DNA of 64,000 bases from an uncultured Candidatus Saccharibacteria bacterium (GCA_964501135.1 CAZCRI010000003.1:18654-82653), one strand, 5' to 3'; counted from the stretch's first letter, positions 37,644-49,091 are shown. Numbers and translations: made by a program. Notes: generated by a model not told the origin, from the sequence alone.

Positions 37644-38495
37644 TCAATCTTCGAGCGTGCTCAGAATGCTCGTAAGTTCCACAGGCAACGGTGAGATAAA
37701 TTCCTGTCTTTTGCCTGTTTTGGGACTTGTAATAGTGAGGCTATACGCGTGAAGAAAAACTCGTGATTGCTCCTTGCCGCCGTAGCGCAGATCGCCGTAG
37801 AGTGGATGTCCGATAGAGGAAAAGTGAGTTCTGATCTGATGAGTCCTACCTGTCTTAGGCATAGCGTCCAAAAGGGTCCACTCCTGATATCTCTTTATCA
37901 CGGTAAAGTCTGTAACGGCTCCGCGACCTTCATGAACTGGAATAATCTTACCTCGCGCATTTAGGCTACGCCCCAGGCTGATGTCGATGGAACCCTGATT
38001 TTCGGCCACAATTCCGCTGGCTAGTGCCTTGTACACCTTCTTTACTTTGCGGTCATGGAATTGTTTCTTTAGATTCTCTGCCGCCTTCTCAGTCTTCGCA
38101 AGTACCATTACACCGGAAGTTCCCTTGTCGAGGCGATGAACCACAAATACCGGTTGCGGTAAAAGTTCAAAAACGGTGAGGTCCTTCTCGCCCGGTGCTG
38201 GGTGAGTAGTAATGCCAGATGGTTTATCGATTACGATAATCTCTGAGTCTTGGTAGAGCACAGGAATGTCAGTAACCTGCTCATTCCTGATGAGTTTATG
38301 GCATACTACTGTATCACCAGCTATTACCTTCCGGTTACTCTTTGCCACTTCCCCATTCACCGTAATCTGTCCGGCAGCAGCTAGTTTCTGAGCAGCACTA
38401 CGAGTAATTTCACATTTTTCGGCCACAAAAATATCTAGGCGCTTCCCAGAATTTGCCGTATCTACTAATATGTCTTGTACAATATTTTTATTCAA
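37644..38495 (-). CDS. RluA-family pseudouridine synthase with N-terminal S4 domain (RluD-like)
   Basis: Catalytic HRLDKGTSGVMVLAKT motif. Confidence 0.85.
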   Translation of the reverse strand: MNKNIVQDILVDTANSGKRLDIFVAEKCEITRSAAQKLAAAGQITVNGEVAKSNRKVIAGDTVVCHKLIRNEQVTDIPVLYQDSEIIVIDKPSGITTHPAPGEKDLTVFELLPQPVFVVHRLDKGTSGVMVLAKTEKAAENLKKQFHDRKVKKVYKALASGIVAENQGSIDISLGRSLNARGKIIPVHEGRGAVTDFTVIKRYQEWTLLDAMPKTGRTHQIRTHFSSIGHPLYGDLRYGGKEQSRVFLHAYSLTITSPKTGKRQEFISPLPVELTSILSTLED

Positions 38496-39461
38496 TTATC
38501 CGACCAAGTCGGCAACGCCTTCTAGCTGTGTGCGGTTGCCCATCACAATTAGTTTATCACCCTGATGTAATAGTTCGGTTCCTAACGGATTAATCTTGGT
38601 CTTTCCGTCCTTCTGATTTATCGCTAGGATAGTCACACCTGTTCGATCTCGAGAAATTGCTCCGGCAATTGTTTTGCCAATAAGGAATGAGGTCTTTGGA
38701 ATCTCTATCTCCTCTACCTCTAGTTCATCATGTCGAGAATCGACAATAACATCCAGAAAGTCGAGAACCCCTGGGCGCAGAGCCATAGTGGCCATGTGAT
38801 AACCACCGATCTGATAAGGTGTCGCTACTCTGTTGGCACCACCTTTTTCGAATTTCGGAATATTCTCTTCGTAATTTGCTCTGGCTACAATGTAAAGCTC
38901 TGTATTTAGGGAGCGCGCCGTCAGTGTAACAAAGAGGTTGTCGGTGTCCTCACCAAGACAAGTGATAAGCGCCTTGGCCTTCTCGATTCCAACCTTGGTC
39001 AAGCTCTCTTCCATTGTAGGGTCAGCACAAACCGCGTTGTAACCCTTGTCGGTCGCCTTCTTCACCTCTCGCTGATCTCTATCGATAATGACAAAGGCAG
39101 CCTTGTCGTGAGAAAGCTCGTCCGCAACCTGTGTACCGACTCTTCCGTATCCGCAAACTATGTAGTGACCTTCCATTTTGTTCACATTCTTCATAATTTT
39201 GTTCTTCCTCCTGCTCTCCTTAAATTGCCCGCCCATAAAGTAGTCGGCAGCGAGCCTCAGCAAATACGCTACGACTATGTAGCTGCCAATAATTAATATT
39301 ATTGATAAAATTTGTTCCCAAACGGGGTCATCGACGCCATGCAGGAAATGGCTGAGTAAGATGATGGCTGTAGAGTAAAAAGCCCGCCATGGGGTCTCGC
39401 CACCAACTACCATAAAGCCAAGCATGCCAAAAGTAAGCATCCCGCCCAACACCAAAAGCAT
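38496..39461 (-). CDS. Potassium channel protein with TrkA-N/TrkA-C (RCK) domains
   Basis: Two N-terminal TM helices; Rossmann YIVCGYGRVGTQVADEL. Confidence 0.75.
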   Translation of the reverse strand: MLLVLGGMLTFGMLGFMVVGGETPWRAFYSTAIILLSHFLHGVDDPVWEQILSIILIIGSYIVVAYLLRLAADYFMGGQFKESRRKNKIMKNVNKMEGHYIVCGYGRVGTQVADELSHDKAAFVIIDRDQREVKKATDKGYNAVCADPTMEESLTKVGIEKAKALITCLGEDTDNLFVTLTARSLNTELYIVARANYEENIPKFEKGGANRVATPYQIGGYHMATMALRPGVLDFLDVIVDSRHDELEVEEIEIPKTSFLIGKTIAGAISRDRTGVTILAINQKDGKTKINPLGTELLHQGDKLIVMGNRTQLEGVADLVG

Positions 39462-39551
39462 CTTCCTTAAAGCATTATTCTCGTTCAGTTGTTCCCTCCT
39501 GTGTAATTAGATAATAACATATAGCTGCTGCCAAGTTAAGCATGAATATTT

Positions 39552-39580
39552 AACAAAAAAGCCCCCGCAAGGGGGCTTTT
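39552..39580 (-). terminator. Bidirectional rho-independent terminator downstream of rpsI
   Basis: aaaaaagcccccgcaagggggcttttt. Confidence 0.7.
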
Positions 39581-39590
39581 TATAATATAC

Positions 39591-39995
39591 TTAACGTTTT
39601 GAGAACTGAGGAGCTTTACGGGCTCTCTTGAGACCTGGTTTCTTACGCTCCTTCTCACGAGGATCGCGAGTGAGATAGCCTACCTTACGCAATGTAGTTT
39701 TGTTCTCTTCATCGAGCTCAACTAGGGCACGAGCAACGCCGAGACGAACTGCCTCTGACTGTGCTGCCTTACCACCGCCTGTAGCGATAGCACTTATCGA
39801 AAACTTCTCGATGTTACCTGTAAGTGTAAGCGGCGCATAGACGGCGTCTACGAGGTTCTTATCACCAAAGTAATCTTCTACACTCTTACCGTTTACGGTA
39901 GAAGCGCTTTTCTTTTGAATAAGGCGAACACGAACGGTAGCTTCCTTGCGTCGGCCTAGTCCAAAAAAGTATTTTTCTGCTGCTTTTTCTGCCAT
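39591..39995 (-). CDS. rpsI: 30S ribosomal protein S9
   Basis: C-terminal ...KRARKAPQFSKR. Confidence 0.95.
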   Translation of the reverse strand: MAEKAAEKYFFGLGRRKEATVRVRLIQKKSASTVNGKSVEDYFGDKNLVDAVYAPLTLTGNIEKFSISAIATGGGKAAQSEAVRLGVARALVELDEENKTTLRKVGYLTRDPREKERKKPGLKRARKAPQFSKR

Positions 39996-40004
39996 ATCTG
40001 TCCC

Positions 40005-40439
40005 CTAACCCTGAATCTTTAATACTTCAGGCTTCTGAGCTGTATGGTCGTGCTCTGCACCTGGAAATAATTTCATTTTTGCAATAATCTCTGAAGCTAA
40101 ACGGTTCTTTGGTAGCATACCCTTAACTGCCTCATAAACTACCTTGCGAGAATCCTTGGCAAGCACCTCTTCGAGGCTAAGCTCACGCATGCCTCCAGGA
40201 AAACCACTGTAGTTGTAATATTTCTTCGCAAGAAGTTTGTTGCCAGTTACGGCTACCTTGTCGGTGTTGATTACGATTACATAATCACCGCAATCTACGC
40301 TTGGAGAAAAGTTTGCCTTGTTCTTACCACGAAGTACGTCTGCAATAACAACAGCAAGTCTTCCGAGAGTAGCACCAGAGGCGTCGACAATAAACCACTT
40401 CTTTGTAATGTCTGCTGGTTTTGTTACATGAGTTTTCAT
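40005..40439 (-). CDS. rplM: 50S ribosomal protein L13
   Basis: Sequence family match. Confidence 0.95.
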   Translation of the reverse strand: MKTHVTKPADITKKWFIVDASGATLGRLAVVIADVLRGKNKANFSPSVDCGDYVIVINTDKVAVTGNKLLAKKYYNYSGFPGGMRELSLEEVLAKDSRKVVYEAVKGMLPKNRLASEIIAKMKLFPGAEHDHTAQKPEVLKIQG

Positions 40440-40440
40440 A

Positions 40441-40932
40441 CTACTTGTCCTCTTTCTTGGTTGCTACTTTTTTTGCAGCTGGTTTCTTGGTGGCTACCTT
40501 CTTTGCAACAGGAGCAGCTTTTTCAGCTTTCTCGGCCTTTGGCTTGCTAGCAACTACCTTTTTGGTAAGTTTATCAGCATCAACGAGCTCAATGATAGCC
40601 ATTGGAGCGGCATCGCCGGCACGAAAACCTGTTTTTACAATACGGGTGTATCCGCCATTGCGATCCTTGTAGATAAGAGTGATTTCTTTCATAAGCTTCT
40701 GAACCGCATTCTCGCCGTATAGGTAAGCGCTAAGCTTACGTACTGCAGCAAGGTCGCCCTTCTTAGCTACGGTAATCAATTTCTCAACAATTGGCTGAAC
40801 TTCTTTTGCCTTAGGCGTAGTAGTTTTTACCTTTTCAAAGAGAATTACTGAAGTTGCAAGACCGCGCATCAGAGCTTTGCGCTGAGCGGATTTTCGGCCT
40901 AATTTTCTTGTGCTATAACTGTGTCTATGCAT
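40441..40932 (-). CDS. rplQ: 50S ribosomal protein L17 with K/A-rich C-terminal extension
   Basis: MHRHSYSTRKLGRKSAQRKALMRGL. Confidence 0.9.
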   Translation of the reverse strand: MHRHSYSTRKLGRKSAQRKALMRGLATSVILFEKVKTTTPKAKEVQPIVEKLITVAKKGDLAAVRKLSAYLYGENAVQKLMKEITLIYKDRNGGYTRIVKTGFRAGDAAPMAIIELVDADKLTKKVVASKPKAEKAEKAAPVAKKVATKKPAAKKVATKKEDK

Positions 40933-40934
40933 AA

Positions 40935-41864
40935 CTACTCGCTAAGTCCCTCGAACCCAAGCTCTACGAGCTTGTCTTTTACTTCATCGTAAGCCTTGCT
41001 TCCAAAACCCTTGAGAGTCTTTAGCTCACCGTCGGTAAGCTTTAGGATGTCGGCTACGGTCTTAATATCATTATTCAAAAGTGCATTTGTAGTGCGTGGA
41101 GAAAGATTAACTTCCTCGATTAGGATGTCGGCACCTTCTTCGTTGCTTACGACTTCTTCGCAATTACCGCGAGCTGTAACGTCCTTACCAGCAAGAACCA
41201 TGAAGTGGTCTACTAGAATCTCAGATGCCTGAGCAACAGCCTCTGAAGGTGTAATAACCCCATTGGTTTCAACTTCGATAATAAGCTTATCTAGGTCGGT
41301 CATCTGTCCAACACGAGTACTCTCAACGTTGTAACGAACACGACGGATTGGGCTATAAAGTGCGTCTACAGCGATAACGCCGATGCCGAGCTTGCCGCCA
41401 TCACGCTTCTCTACTGGGACATAACCACGACCCTTCTCGATATAAACTTCGAGCTCGAGTTTAGCAGATTTGCCATCTAGAGTAGCAATTACCTGTTCTG
41501 GGTTTGTGATTTCAATATCAGCATTCTTCTCAAATGACTTTGCTGTAACAACACCGTCACCAGAAGCAACTAGCTTAAGGGCAACAATTTCATCAGAAAA
41601 AGATTTAACGCTAAGCTTCTTTAAGTTAAGGATAATCTCAACTACATCTTCTTTGACGTTCTTTAGTGTGCTGAACTCGTGGTTTGCACCCTCAATCTTA
41701 ACGCCAGTAACTGCAGCGCCTGGTAAACTTGATAGGATTACGCGACGAAGCGAATTTCCTAAAGTCATACCATATCCAGGGAAAAGTGGTTCGATGCTAA
41801 ATGTAGCAACGTTGCCTTCTTCGTGGATGGTCTTTAATTCTGGTAAATGGATTTCATACAACAT
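40935..41864 (-). CDS. rpoA: DNA-directed RNA polymerase alpha subunit
   Basis: N-terminal dimerisation domain and C-terminal CTD. Confidence 0.95.
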   Translation of the reverse strand: MLYEIHLPELKTIHEEGNVATFSIEPLFPGYGMTLGNSLRRVILSSLPGAAVTGVKIEGANHEFSTLKNVKEDVVEIILNLKKLSVKSFSDEIVALKLVASGDGVVTAKSFEKNADIEITNPEQVIATLDGKSAKLELEVYIEKGRGYVPVEKRDGGKLGIGVIAVDALYSPIRRVRYNVESTRVGQMTDLDKLIIEVETNGVITPSEAVAQASEILVDHFMVLAGKDVTARGNCEEVVSNEEGADILIEEVNLSPRTTNALLNNDIKTVADILKLTDGELKTLKGFGSKAYDEVKDKLVELGFEGLSE

Positions 41865-41894
41865 GTTAGTGCTCCTTAAGTACTTAGGATTACT

Positions 41895-42530
41895 TTATTT
41901 CGAATACAATTCAACGATTAGCTGTTCATTGATCTCAGGATCAAGTTCGCTACGTGCTGGGATAGATAATACTTCACCGGTAATCTTTTTGGCGTCTAGT
42001 TTGAGCCAGCTTGGAGTAGAAGCCTTGGCAACAAGTGCAGGTAAAACTTCTTTATAGAATTTGCCGTTTGTGCTCTCTTTGATAAACTCGATTTTGTCTC
42101 CGACACGTACCTGATAAGAAGGAATGTTTACTTTCTTACCGTTTACTGTGAAGTGATCGTGGTTTACAAGCTGTCTAGACATACTACGTGAAGGAGCGAA
42201 ACCGAGACGATAAACTACATTGTCAAGCCTTGTCTCTAGGAGTTGGAGAAGAATTTCACCAGTAACACCTTGCTTGCGATCGGCCTTTTCGAAATAATTA
42301 CGGAACTGGGTTTCCAGTACGCCATAAATTCGTTTAACCTTCTGCTTCTCGCGTAGCTGGAACAAGTAGTCACTTGGTTTCCCGCGTCTGCGGCTAAGAC
42401 CGTGCTGACCAGGAGCGTAGTTACGCTTAATCATGGTACACTTTGGACCTTCGCATTTTTCGCCCTTAAGCATAAGTTTTACGCCTTCGCGGCGACATTG
42501 TCTACATTTTGCTGTTAAAATTCTTGCCAT
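41895..42530 (-). CDS. rpsD: 30S ribosomal protein S4
   Basis: MARILTAKCRQCRREGVKL. Confidence 0.95.
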   Translation of the reverse strand: MARILTAKCRQCRREGVKLMLKGEKCEGPKCTMIKRNYAPGQHGLSRRRGKPSDYLFQLREKQKVKRIYGVLETQFRNYFEKADRKQGVTGEILLQLLETRLDNVVYRLGFAPSRSMSRQLVNHDHFTVNGKKVNIPSYQVRVGDKIEFIKESTNGKFYKEVLPALVAKASTPSWLKLDAKKITGEVLSIPARSELDPEINEQLIVELYSK

Positions 42531-42559
42531 ATAACTCTACTCTTCTTATAAAATAATTA

Positions 42560-42943
42560 TTAAACTCTACGAGCCTTTGGAGGGCGGCATCCATTATGTG
42601 GAATTGGAGTAACGTCCTTGATTGATGAAACATAGATACCAGAGGCATTGAAAGCACGCACTGCAGAGTCACGGCCAGAACCGATACCCTTAACAAAAAC
42701 CTCTACCTTCTCTAGGCCATAAGCTTTTGCCTTTTCGATAGCGGTTTCAGCGGCAATCTGCGCTGCATAAGGTGTGGACTTGCGAGAACCCTTGAAGCCA
42801 GAAGCTCCAGCGGTTGCCCAAGAGATTACCCCACCATCTTTATCAGAAATAGTGATGATAGTATTGTTAAAAGTAGCCTGGATATGTACTTGTCCGTGCG
42901 CTACTACCTTCTTGATTTTCTTTTTCTTGACTACTTTTGCCAT
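42560..42943 (-). CDS. rpsK: 30S ribosomal protein S11
   Basis: Family match. Confidence 0.95.
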   Translation of the reverse strand: MAKVVKKKKIKKVVAHGQVHIQATFNNTIITISDKDGGVISWATAGASGFKGSRKSTPYAAQIAAETAIEKAKAYGLEKVEVFVKGIGSGRDSAVRAFNASGIYVSSIKDVTPIPHNGCRPPKARRV

Positions 42944-42989
42944 AATTCTCTTTGTTGTTATAAGTTTATAAAAATACTATTGTTGTGAC

Positions 42990-43373
42990 TTAAGTCTTCG
43001 AGACTTTCTTCTTTCCGCTACCCATAGTGACTCTCTTGCCACGTTTGGTGCGGGAATTCGTCTTGGTGCGCTGACCATTTACTGGTAGACCAAGTTTGTG
43101 ACGGATACCACGGTATGAAAGAATTTCCTTGAGACGGCTGATGTTCTGAGTTACTTCGCGGCGTAGGTCACCCTCTACCTTGTAGTTTTTCTCAAGAATT
43201 TCACGAATTCGATTCAATTCAGTCTCAGTAAGGTCCTTTACGCGAACATCTGGACTGACATTTGCCTGAACCAAGATCTTCTGACTACGGGTAAGCCCGA
43301 TACCATAAATATAAGTAAGAGCAATCTCTACTCTTTTGTCGGTTGGAATATTTACACCTGAGATTCTAGCCAA
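42990..43373 (-). CDS. rpsM: 30S ribosomal protein S13
   Basis: [26 protein letters not shown]. Confidence 0.95.
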   Translation of the reverse strand: MARISGVNIPTDKRVEIALTYIYGIGLTRSQKILVQANVSPDVRVKDLTETELNRIREILEKNYKVEGDLRREVTQNISRLKEILSYRGIRHKLGLPVNGQRTKTNSRTKRGKRVTMGSGKKKVSKT

Positions 43374-43382
43374 GACTAACTC

Positions 43383-43499
43383 CTAATTACCCTGACGCTG
43401 TTTGTGTTTTGGATTTTCACAAATCACACGTACAACGCCTTCGCGCTTAATGACTTTACATTTCATACAAATTTTCTTTACAGATGGACGTACTTTCAT
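43383..43499 (-). CDS. rpmJ: 50S ribosomal protein L36
   Basis: Hand translation [38 protein letters not shown] (below ORF-track cutoff). Confidence 0.9.
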   Translation of the reverse strand: MKVRPSVKKICMKCKVIKREGVVRVICENPKHKQRQGN

Positions 43500-43500
43500 A

Positions 43501-43728
43501 CTATTTTTCCTTGTGTCTATAAACTACTCTACCCTTCGAGAGATCATATGGTGTCATCTCGATTGTGACTTTGTCCCCTGGCAGGATCTTAATGTAGTGC
43601 ATTCTCATTTTTCCTGAAATATGCGCTAAAATAACATGCCCGTTCTCTAGCTCTACCCGAAACATTGCGTTCGGAAGGGTCTCAAGGACGGTTCCTGTCA
43701 GTTCAATTACTTCCTTTGTTTCACTCAT
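43501..43728 (-). CDS. infA: Translation initiation factor IF-1
   Basis: S1-like fold; ...[35 protein letters not shown]. Confidence 0.95.
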   Translation of the reverse strand: MSETKEVIELTGTVLETLPNAMFRVELENGHVILAHISGKMRMHYIKILPGDKVTIEMTPYDLSKGRVVYRHKEK

Positions 43729-43983
43729 TACTGTTTACTATGTCCTTCTCGTGACAGTTATAAATTATACACATCTTGGGGCCTTTTGACAAGAGTTTTG
43801 TGAGACTATTTGTGATTTCAACGCATTTATATATCTATGTCTATTGCTTGTCGTTCTAAAACTCATAATTTTGGCTGTAAATTGCGCTAACTTCGTCGAG
43901 ATACAGGAATATCCCTTCTTATTTGTCACAATTTTCGCTCAAAATTCTGAGTTTTATAATCGACATGAAATCACTCACAGTCT

Positions 43984-45294
43984 CTAGAACTCGTCATAAC
44001 TTCTCGTGATAAGCTGCGCATCGAGCTGATTCTTGATCTCAATGGCTACACCAACCACGATTAACACCCCCGTGCCGCCTACTGTCAGATTGGCGTCACC
44101 AGTGAGTGGTTTTAAGGCAAATGGAAGTACCGCTATAAGCGATAGGAACATGGCACCCCAAAGAGTAATGCGGTTGATCATGAAATTTAGATACTTCTCG
44201 GTCTGAGTTCCTGGACGAATACCAGGAATAAATCCCCCTTGCTTCTGTAGATTCTCGGCTACTTCGTTTGGTTTAAAGTAGATAAAAGTAGAAAAGAAAG
44301 TAAAGGTAAATACCAGGAGGAAGAGTGCTACAGCGTAAGGGTTCGTGCTTGGAGCAAAAGTGGTCTGTATCCATTTGGCGCTACTAGCAATCCAGGCCGT
44401 CTTTGCACTCGAGAGAAATCCAATCATTGAAGGCACATTCATAAATGCGCTCGCGAAAATAATTGGGATAACACCGGACATATTGAGACGAAGTGGCAAA
44501 AAGGTGTCGATGCCACCGTAAAGCTTGTCACCACGCATCTTCTTGGCGTAAGAAATAGGAAGTTTACGCAGGGCTTCTGTAATGAGGACGATAAGTCCGA
44601 TAACTACGATAGCAAGGACCGCGACCACCAGAATTTTGACCAACTCTGTACTCTGAAACTCACCGACGAAGAGTTTCTGAATTTGCTGACCAATGGTTTG
44701 TGGCAACCGTGCAATAATACCGGCAAAAATAATCATACTAATACCGTTACCGATACCCTTTTCGGTAATTAGCTCACCAAGCCACATCAGAAGCATAGTA
44801 CCAGCAGTAATACTAGTAAGCATTACCGACCACTGCCAGATACTAAGATTGTTTAGGAACGTCATGTTAGCACCACTACTGGCGCTTTGTAGTAAACGAA
44901 TCATTCCAAATCCCTCAACTAGAGCGATAGGAATCGCGATTAGGCGGGAATATTGATTGATTTTATTGCGCCCCTGCTCCCCTTCTTTGGACAGACTCTC
45001 GAAACTAGGCACGATAATAGTAAGCAATTGCATAATAATCGATGCTGTAATGTATGGTCCAACGGCAAGCATCGCGATTGAAAACCGACTAATACTTCCA
45101 CCCGAGAAGATATCCAGAAAAGAAAGTACAGCATTACTAGAGAAGGTTGTGGAAAGGAATTGACGTACTAGCGCTGGATCTGGACCCGGAATTGGGATAT
45201 GCGAAATAACACGATAGACAAGAAGTAGACCCATAACATAGGCGATTTTCTTGAGCAGATCGCGACTCGCAAATATTTTCTTTAAGTAGCCCAT
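43984..45294 (-). CDS. secY: Preprotein translocase SecY
   Basis: 10-TM SecY pattern. Confidence 0.95.
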   Translation of the reverse strand: MGYLKKIFASRDLLKKIAYVMGLLLVYRVISHIPIPGPDPALVRQFLSTTFSSNAVLSFLDIFSGGSISRFSIAMLAVGPYITASIIMQLLTIIVPSFESLSKEGEQGRNKINQYSRLIAIPIALVEGFGMIRLLQSASSGANMTFLNNLSIWQWSVMLTSITAGTMLLMWLGELITEKGIGNGISMIIFAGIIARLPQTIGQQIQKLFVGEFQSTELVKILVVAVLAIVVIGLIVLITEALRKLPISYAKKMRGDKLYGGIDTFLPLRLNMSGVIPIIFASAFMNVPSMIGFLSSAKTAWIASSAKWIQTTFAPSTNPYAVALFLLVFTFTFFSTFIYFKPNEVAENLQKQGGFIPGIRPGTQTEKYLNFMINRITLWGAMFLSLIAVLPFALKPLTGDANLTVGGTGVLIVVGVAIEIKNQLDAQLITRSYDEF

Positions 45295-45323
45295 CAGATA
45301 TCCCCCTTCCTCGTAATCGAGGT

Positions 45324-45782
45324 TTAGTTTTTATCAGTAGTGGCTTTTTCGGCAACCTTTTCGGTCTTCTTGACCGGAGCGGCAACTGCACGGGCAGCTT
45401 CACTCATCTTATCTAGTTCAAAAATAAGCTCGTTGGTGTATTTGGTGCTATGAACAACTTTATAGCCAGCACGAACGTTGGCAATCATACCTTCAGCAAC
45501 TAGGGTCTCGACAGTAACTTTGCTCCCCTTTTTCAAGTGATTAAACTTGTCTAATGGCAAAGTAGTTGCCTTGGCAGTAAGAGCCTTAAAGCCAGGCTTT
45601 TTCGGTACGCGCTGAGCAAGTGGAAGCTGACCACCCTCGAAACCTGGGCGAATCTTCTTACCAGTTCTTGAGAGCTGACCCTTGGTACCACGACCAGCGG
45701 TCTTACCCTTACCAGAACCAATACCGCGACCTACGCGCTTATTGTCTTGTTTGATGTTTCCAAAAAGTGATTCTAATTTCAT
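45324..45782 (-). CDS. rplO: 50S ribosomal protein L15
   Basis: Family match; no L30 gene between rpsE and rplO. Confidence 0.9.
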   Translation of the reverse strand: MKLESLFGNIKQDNKRVGRGIGSGKGKTAGRGTKGQLSRTGKKIRPGFEGGQLPLAQRVPKKPGFKALTAKATTLPLDKFNHLKKGSKVTVETLVAEGMIANVRAGYKVVHSTKYTNELIFELDKMSEAARAVAAPVKKTEKVAEKATTDKN

Positions 45783-46366
45783 TACTTGGCCTCCTCGACG
45801 ACTTCGTGTCGAGATCCCGACTGTGACGTCGGGGCAGTTATTACATCTACTACAACCTTCTCGACTTTCGTCTTTGAAGAAACTGGTGTAGCTTTTAGGT
45901 CTTTAAGTGCCAAAATAGTGGCATAAGCATTGTTGATTTTGGAGTTTGAACCAATCATCTTGGATAGGATATCGCGGATACCAGCAGCTTCCAGCACAGC
46001 ACGAACGGCTCCACCGGCGATAACTCCAGTACCTTCAGAGGCTGGTTTTAAGAAAACATAGGCACCGCCCTTACGAGCTGAAAGCTCATGAGCAATGGTG
46101 GTACCATTTAGGTTTACTTCGATCATGTCACGTTTTGCACGTGCTACAGCTTTTTGGACTGCAGTCATGACTTCATTACCTTTGTCTACACCGACTCCAA
46201 CTTTACCCTTTTTGTTTCCGACAACTACTGTTGCACGGAAGCGCAGTCTACGACCACCCTTTACAACGCGAGTAACACGGTCGATAGAAACTACCTTTTC
46301 CTCGAACTCTGGTGCTTCACCGAATTCCTGGTTCTTTCTGTCTCTTGGATTTGTATCTCTCATCAT
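45782..46366 (-). CDS. rpsE: 30S ribosomal protein S5 (N-terminal extension)
   Basis: Family match. Confidence 0.9.
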   Translation of the reverse strand: MMRDTNPRDRKNQEFGEAPEFEEKVVSIDRVTRVVKGGRRLRFRATVVVGNKKGKVGVGVDKGNEVMTAVQKAVARAKRDMIEVNLNGTTIAHELSARKGGAYVFLKPASEGTGVIAGGAVRAVLEAAGIRDILSKMIGSNSKINNAYATILALKDLKATPVSSKTKVEKVVVDVITAPTSQSGSRHEVVEEAK

Positions 46367-46371
46367 AACTC

Positions 46372-46719
46372 CTAAAATTCTAGCCCGTTAGTACGCGCTG
46401 CTTCGGCAAGTGCCTTCACTCTACCGTGATATAGCTTACCACCGCGGTCAAAAACTACTGATTTAACTTTGGCTTTCTTTGCTAGTTCTGCAATCGCAGC
46501 ACCAACAGCCGCAGCTTTTTCGGTTTTTGTACCCTTGGCAGCTAATAGTAAATCACTCGTGTAAGCAATAGTGTTTCCGGATTCGTCGTTAATCACCTGA
46601 GCAATAACGTGCATGTTGCTAACGCTTACGGATAGACGTGGGCGAAGAGCCGTACCGAATACCTTGCTACGAATACGATTTTTGCGACGATCTTTCTTTA
46701 TAAATCTTTCTAGCATCAT
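46372..46719 (-). CDS. rplR: 50S ribosomal protein L18
   Basis: Family match. Confidence 0.9.
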   Translation of the reverse strand: MMLERFIKKDRRKNRIRSKVFGTALRPRLSVSVSNMHVIAQVINDESGNTIAYTSDLLLAAKGTKTEKAAAVGAAIAELAKKAKVKSVVFDRGGKLYHGRVKALAEAARTNGLEF

Positions 46720-46725
46720 AGCTCC

Positions 46726-47262
46726 TTACTTCGCACCCGTCTTACCAGCTTTGCGTCTGATAGTCTCGGTTACATATTTAACACCCTTACCTTTGTAAGG
46801 TTCTGGCTTTCGAAATGCGCGGATTTCTGCTGAAGTCTGACCAACAAGTTGTTTGTCGACGCCAGATACAGTAACAATGTTTTTCTCTACAGCGATGGTA
46901 ATGCCAGCTGGGGCAATAAACTCGATTGGGTGAGAATAACCAAGGTTTAGAGTAAGCTTAGAACCAGAAACTGCGGCACGATAACCGATACCGTTGATCT
47001 CTAGTTCTTTCTTAAAGCCCTCAGAAACCCCGACAACCATGTTGTTGATTAGAGTTCGAACCAAGCCATAAAGCTCAGCGCTGGTAGGATCTTCGACAGT
47101 CTTTGTAACTAAAAGTGTATTTTCGTTCTGAGCAACAGCAATCTTGTCGCTAAACTCATATGAAAGCTCGCCCTTAGAGCCTGTAACTTTGATGTTCTGT
47201 CCGTTTATTTCGACAGAAACACCGCTTGGTAATGTGATTGGTAATCTTCCTATTCTTGACAT
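46726..47262 (-). CDS. rplF: 50S ribosomal protein L6
   Basis: Family match. Confidence 0.95.
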   Translation of the reverse strand: MSRIGRLPITLPSGVSVEINGQNIKVTGSKGELSYEFSDKIAVAQNENTLLVTKTVEDPTSAELYGLVRTLINNMVVGVSEGFKKELEINGIGYRAAVSGSKLTLNLGYSHPIEFIAPAGITIAVEKNIVTVSGVDKQLVGQTSAEIRAFRKPEPYKGKGVKYVTETIRRKAGKTGAK

Positions 47263-47271
47263 ATTACTCTC

Positions 47272-47649
47272 CTACCAAACTTTACAGATTAATTCGCCAC
47301 CGAGACCGAGTTTCTTGGCTGATTTACCGCTCATAACACCTTTTGAGGTAGAGATAATGACCAAACCATGACCCTGAAGAACTCGTGGAATCTCTTCCTT
47401 GCCGACGTAAACACGACGACCAGGCTTTGATACACGGACCAATTTCTTGGTATCTGTGCCAGCGATATTCGCGAGGATAGTTGCGCCGCTGTTCTCAAGT
47501 GAAAATTCACCGATATAACCTTCAGTTTTTAAGACCTTTAAGATCTCGATTTTTAGCTTTGATGCAGGAATAACAACGCTTTCCTTGTGCACCATTCGTG
47601 CATTTCGGATACGTGTCAGCATATCTGCAATTGGATCTGTTGTTGCCAT
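47272..47649 (-). CDS. rpsH: 30S ribosomal protein S8
   Basis: [17 protein letters not shown]. Confidence 0.95.
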   Translation of the reverse strand: MATTDPIADMLTRIRNARMVHKESVVIPASKLKIEILKVLKTEGYIGEFSLENSGATILANIAGTDTKKLVRVSKPGRRVYVGKEEIPRVLQGHGLVIISTSKGVMSGKSAKKLGLGGELICKVW

Positions 47650-47660
47650 AATGTTACTCC

Positions 47661-47846
47661 TTACCAGCTTGATTTGGTTACACCAGGGATTTCTCCCTTG
47701 CTTGCCAGTTCTCTAAAACAGATACGACACATGTCGAATTTGCGCAGATATCCGTGTGGACGACCACATAGTGCACAACGGGTGTAAGATCTGCTTGAAA
47801 ACTTAGGCGTTTTCTTTGCTTTTGCGATTAATGATTTCTTTGCCAT
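47661..47846 (-). CDS. rpsZ: 30S ribosomal protein S14 type Z (zinc-binding)
   Basis: [23 protein letters not shown]. Confidence 0.9.
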   Translation of the reverse strand: MAKKSLIAKAKKTPKFSSRSYTRCALCGRPHGYLRKFDMCRICFRELASKGEIPGVTKSSW

Positions 47847-47855
47847 CTCTATCCT

Positions 47856-48395
47856 CTAATCCTTAAATGGAAAACCAAGTTTAGTCAGTAGGGCCTTGCC
47901 TTCAGCGTCGGTTTTTGCGCTGGTTGCAACGTTTACCTGTAATCCAAAGGTGTTTACTGCTTCTTCGAAGCTAATCTCTGGGAACACACCATACTCTTTG
48001 ATACCAAGTGAGTAATTACCGTGTCCATCGAAAGCGTTACCTTTGATACCGCGGAAGTCACGAACGCGAGGTAAGGTGACGTTTACTAGACGATCTAGAA
48101 ACTCATACATACGCTCGCCGCGTAGAGTGACGCTTGCGCCAATGTTCATGCCTTCACGAATCTTGAAACCAGCGATAGACTTACGAGCCTTGTTGATAAC
48201 GGGTGCTTGACCTGCAATCTTGGTAAGACCAGCGATTACTGGATCAAGGGCCTTGGAATCAGCAGATGCTCGGCCAACGCCAGCGTTAATTACTACCTTG
48301 GTAACTTTTGGAATCATGTTGACGTTCTTATAACCGAACTCGGTCTGAAGAAGAGCGGCAACCTTTTCTTTGTATAAATCTTTCATTCTTGCCAT
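47856..48395 (-). CDS. rplE: 50S ribosomal protein L5
   Basis: Family match. Confidence 0.95.
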   Translation of the reverse strand: MARMKDLYKEKVAALLQTEFGYKNVNMIPKVTKVVINAGVGRASADSKALDPVIAGLTKIAGQAPVINKARKSIAGFKIREGMNIGASVTLRGERMYEFLDRLVNVTLPRVRDFRGIKGNAFDGHGNYSLGIKEYGVFPEISFEEAVNTFGLQVNVATSAKTDAEGKALLTKLGFPFKD

Positions 48396-48398
48396 CTC

Positions 48399-48713
48399 TT
48401 ACTCCTTCACAATCGCTTGGCATTTCTTGCACAAACGTGCTTTCTTGCCGTCTTTAGCGATACTATAACCGATACGGGTTGGCTTGCCACATTTAGGACA
48501 AACGAGGGCTACGTTGGAAAGCGAGAGCGGCTTTGCAATCTCGAGGATTCCACCAGCAGCGTTCTTCTTGCTTGGCTTTACGGCCTTCTTGACTAGATTA
48601 ATCCCAGCAACGATAACCTTGTTATCACGAACGAGGACCTTGCTAACTTCACCAGTCTTACCCTTGTCTTTACCGGCAGTAATGTATACTTTGTCGTTTT
48701 TTAGAATCTTCAT
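48399..48713 (-). CDS. rplX: 50S ribosomal protein L24
   Basis: KOW domain. Confidence 0.9.
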   Translation of the reverse strand: MKILKNDKVYITAGKDKGKTGEVSKVLVRDNKVIVAGINLVKKAVKPSKKNAAGGILEIAKPLSLSNVALVCPKCGKPTRIGYSIAKDGKKARLCKKCQAIVKE

Positions 48714-48721
48714 ATTCGTTC

Positions 48722-49090
48722 CTACAATACTTCTGGCGCTAGGGAAACAATCTTCATATAGCCCTTCTCACGAAGTTCGCGAGCTACTGGGCCGAAGATA
48801 CGAGTACCTCTAGGCTGATTATTCTTGTCAATCAGGACTACAGCGTTGTCATCAAATTTGATGGTGCTGCCGTCTTTGCGGATAAAATCTTTACTAATGC
48901 GGACTACCACTGCCTTTGCAACTTCTTTCTTCTTAGCGTTACCGCCTGGAAGAGCAGACTTTACGGAACAAGTGATAATGTCGCCGAGACTTGCGTAGCG
49001 TCTCTTGGAGCCACCGAGAACCTTGATGCAAAGAACTTCTTTCGCGCCAGTGTTGTCAGCAACTTTTAATCTTGTCATATGCTGAATCAT
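48722..49090 (-). CDS. rplN: 50S ribosomal protein L14
   Basis: [18 protein letters not shown]. Confidence 0.95.
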   Translation of the reverse strand: MIQHMTRLKVADNTGAKEVLCIKVLGGSKRRYASLGDIITCSVKSALPGGNAKKKEVAKAVVVRISKDFIRKDGSTIKFDDNAVVLIDKNNQPRGTRIFGPVARELREKGYMKIVSLAPEVL

Positions 49091-49091
49091 C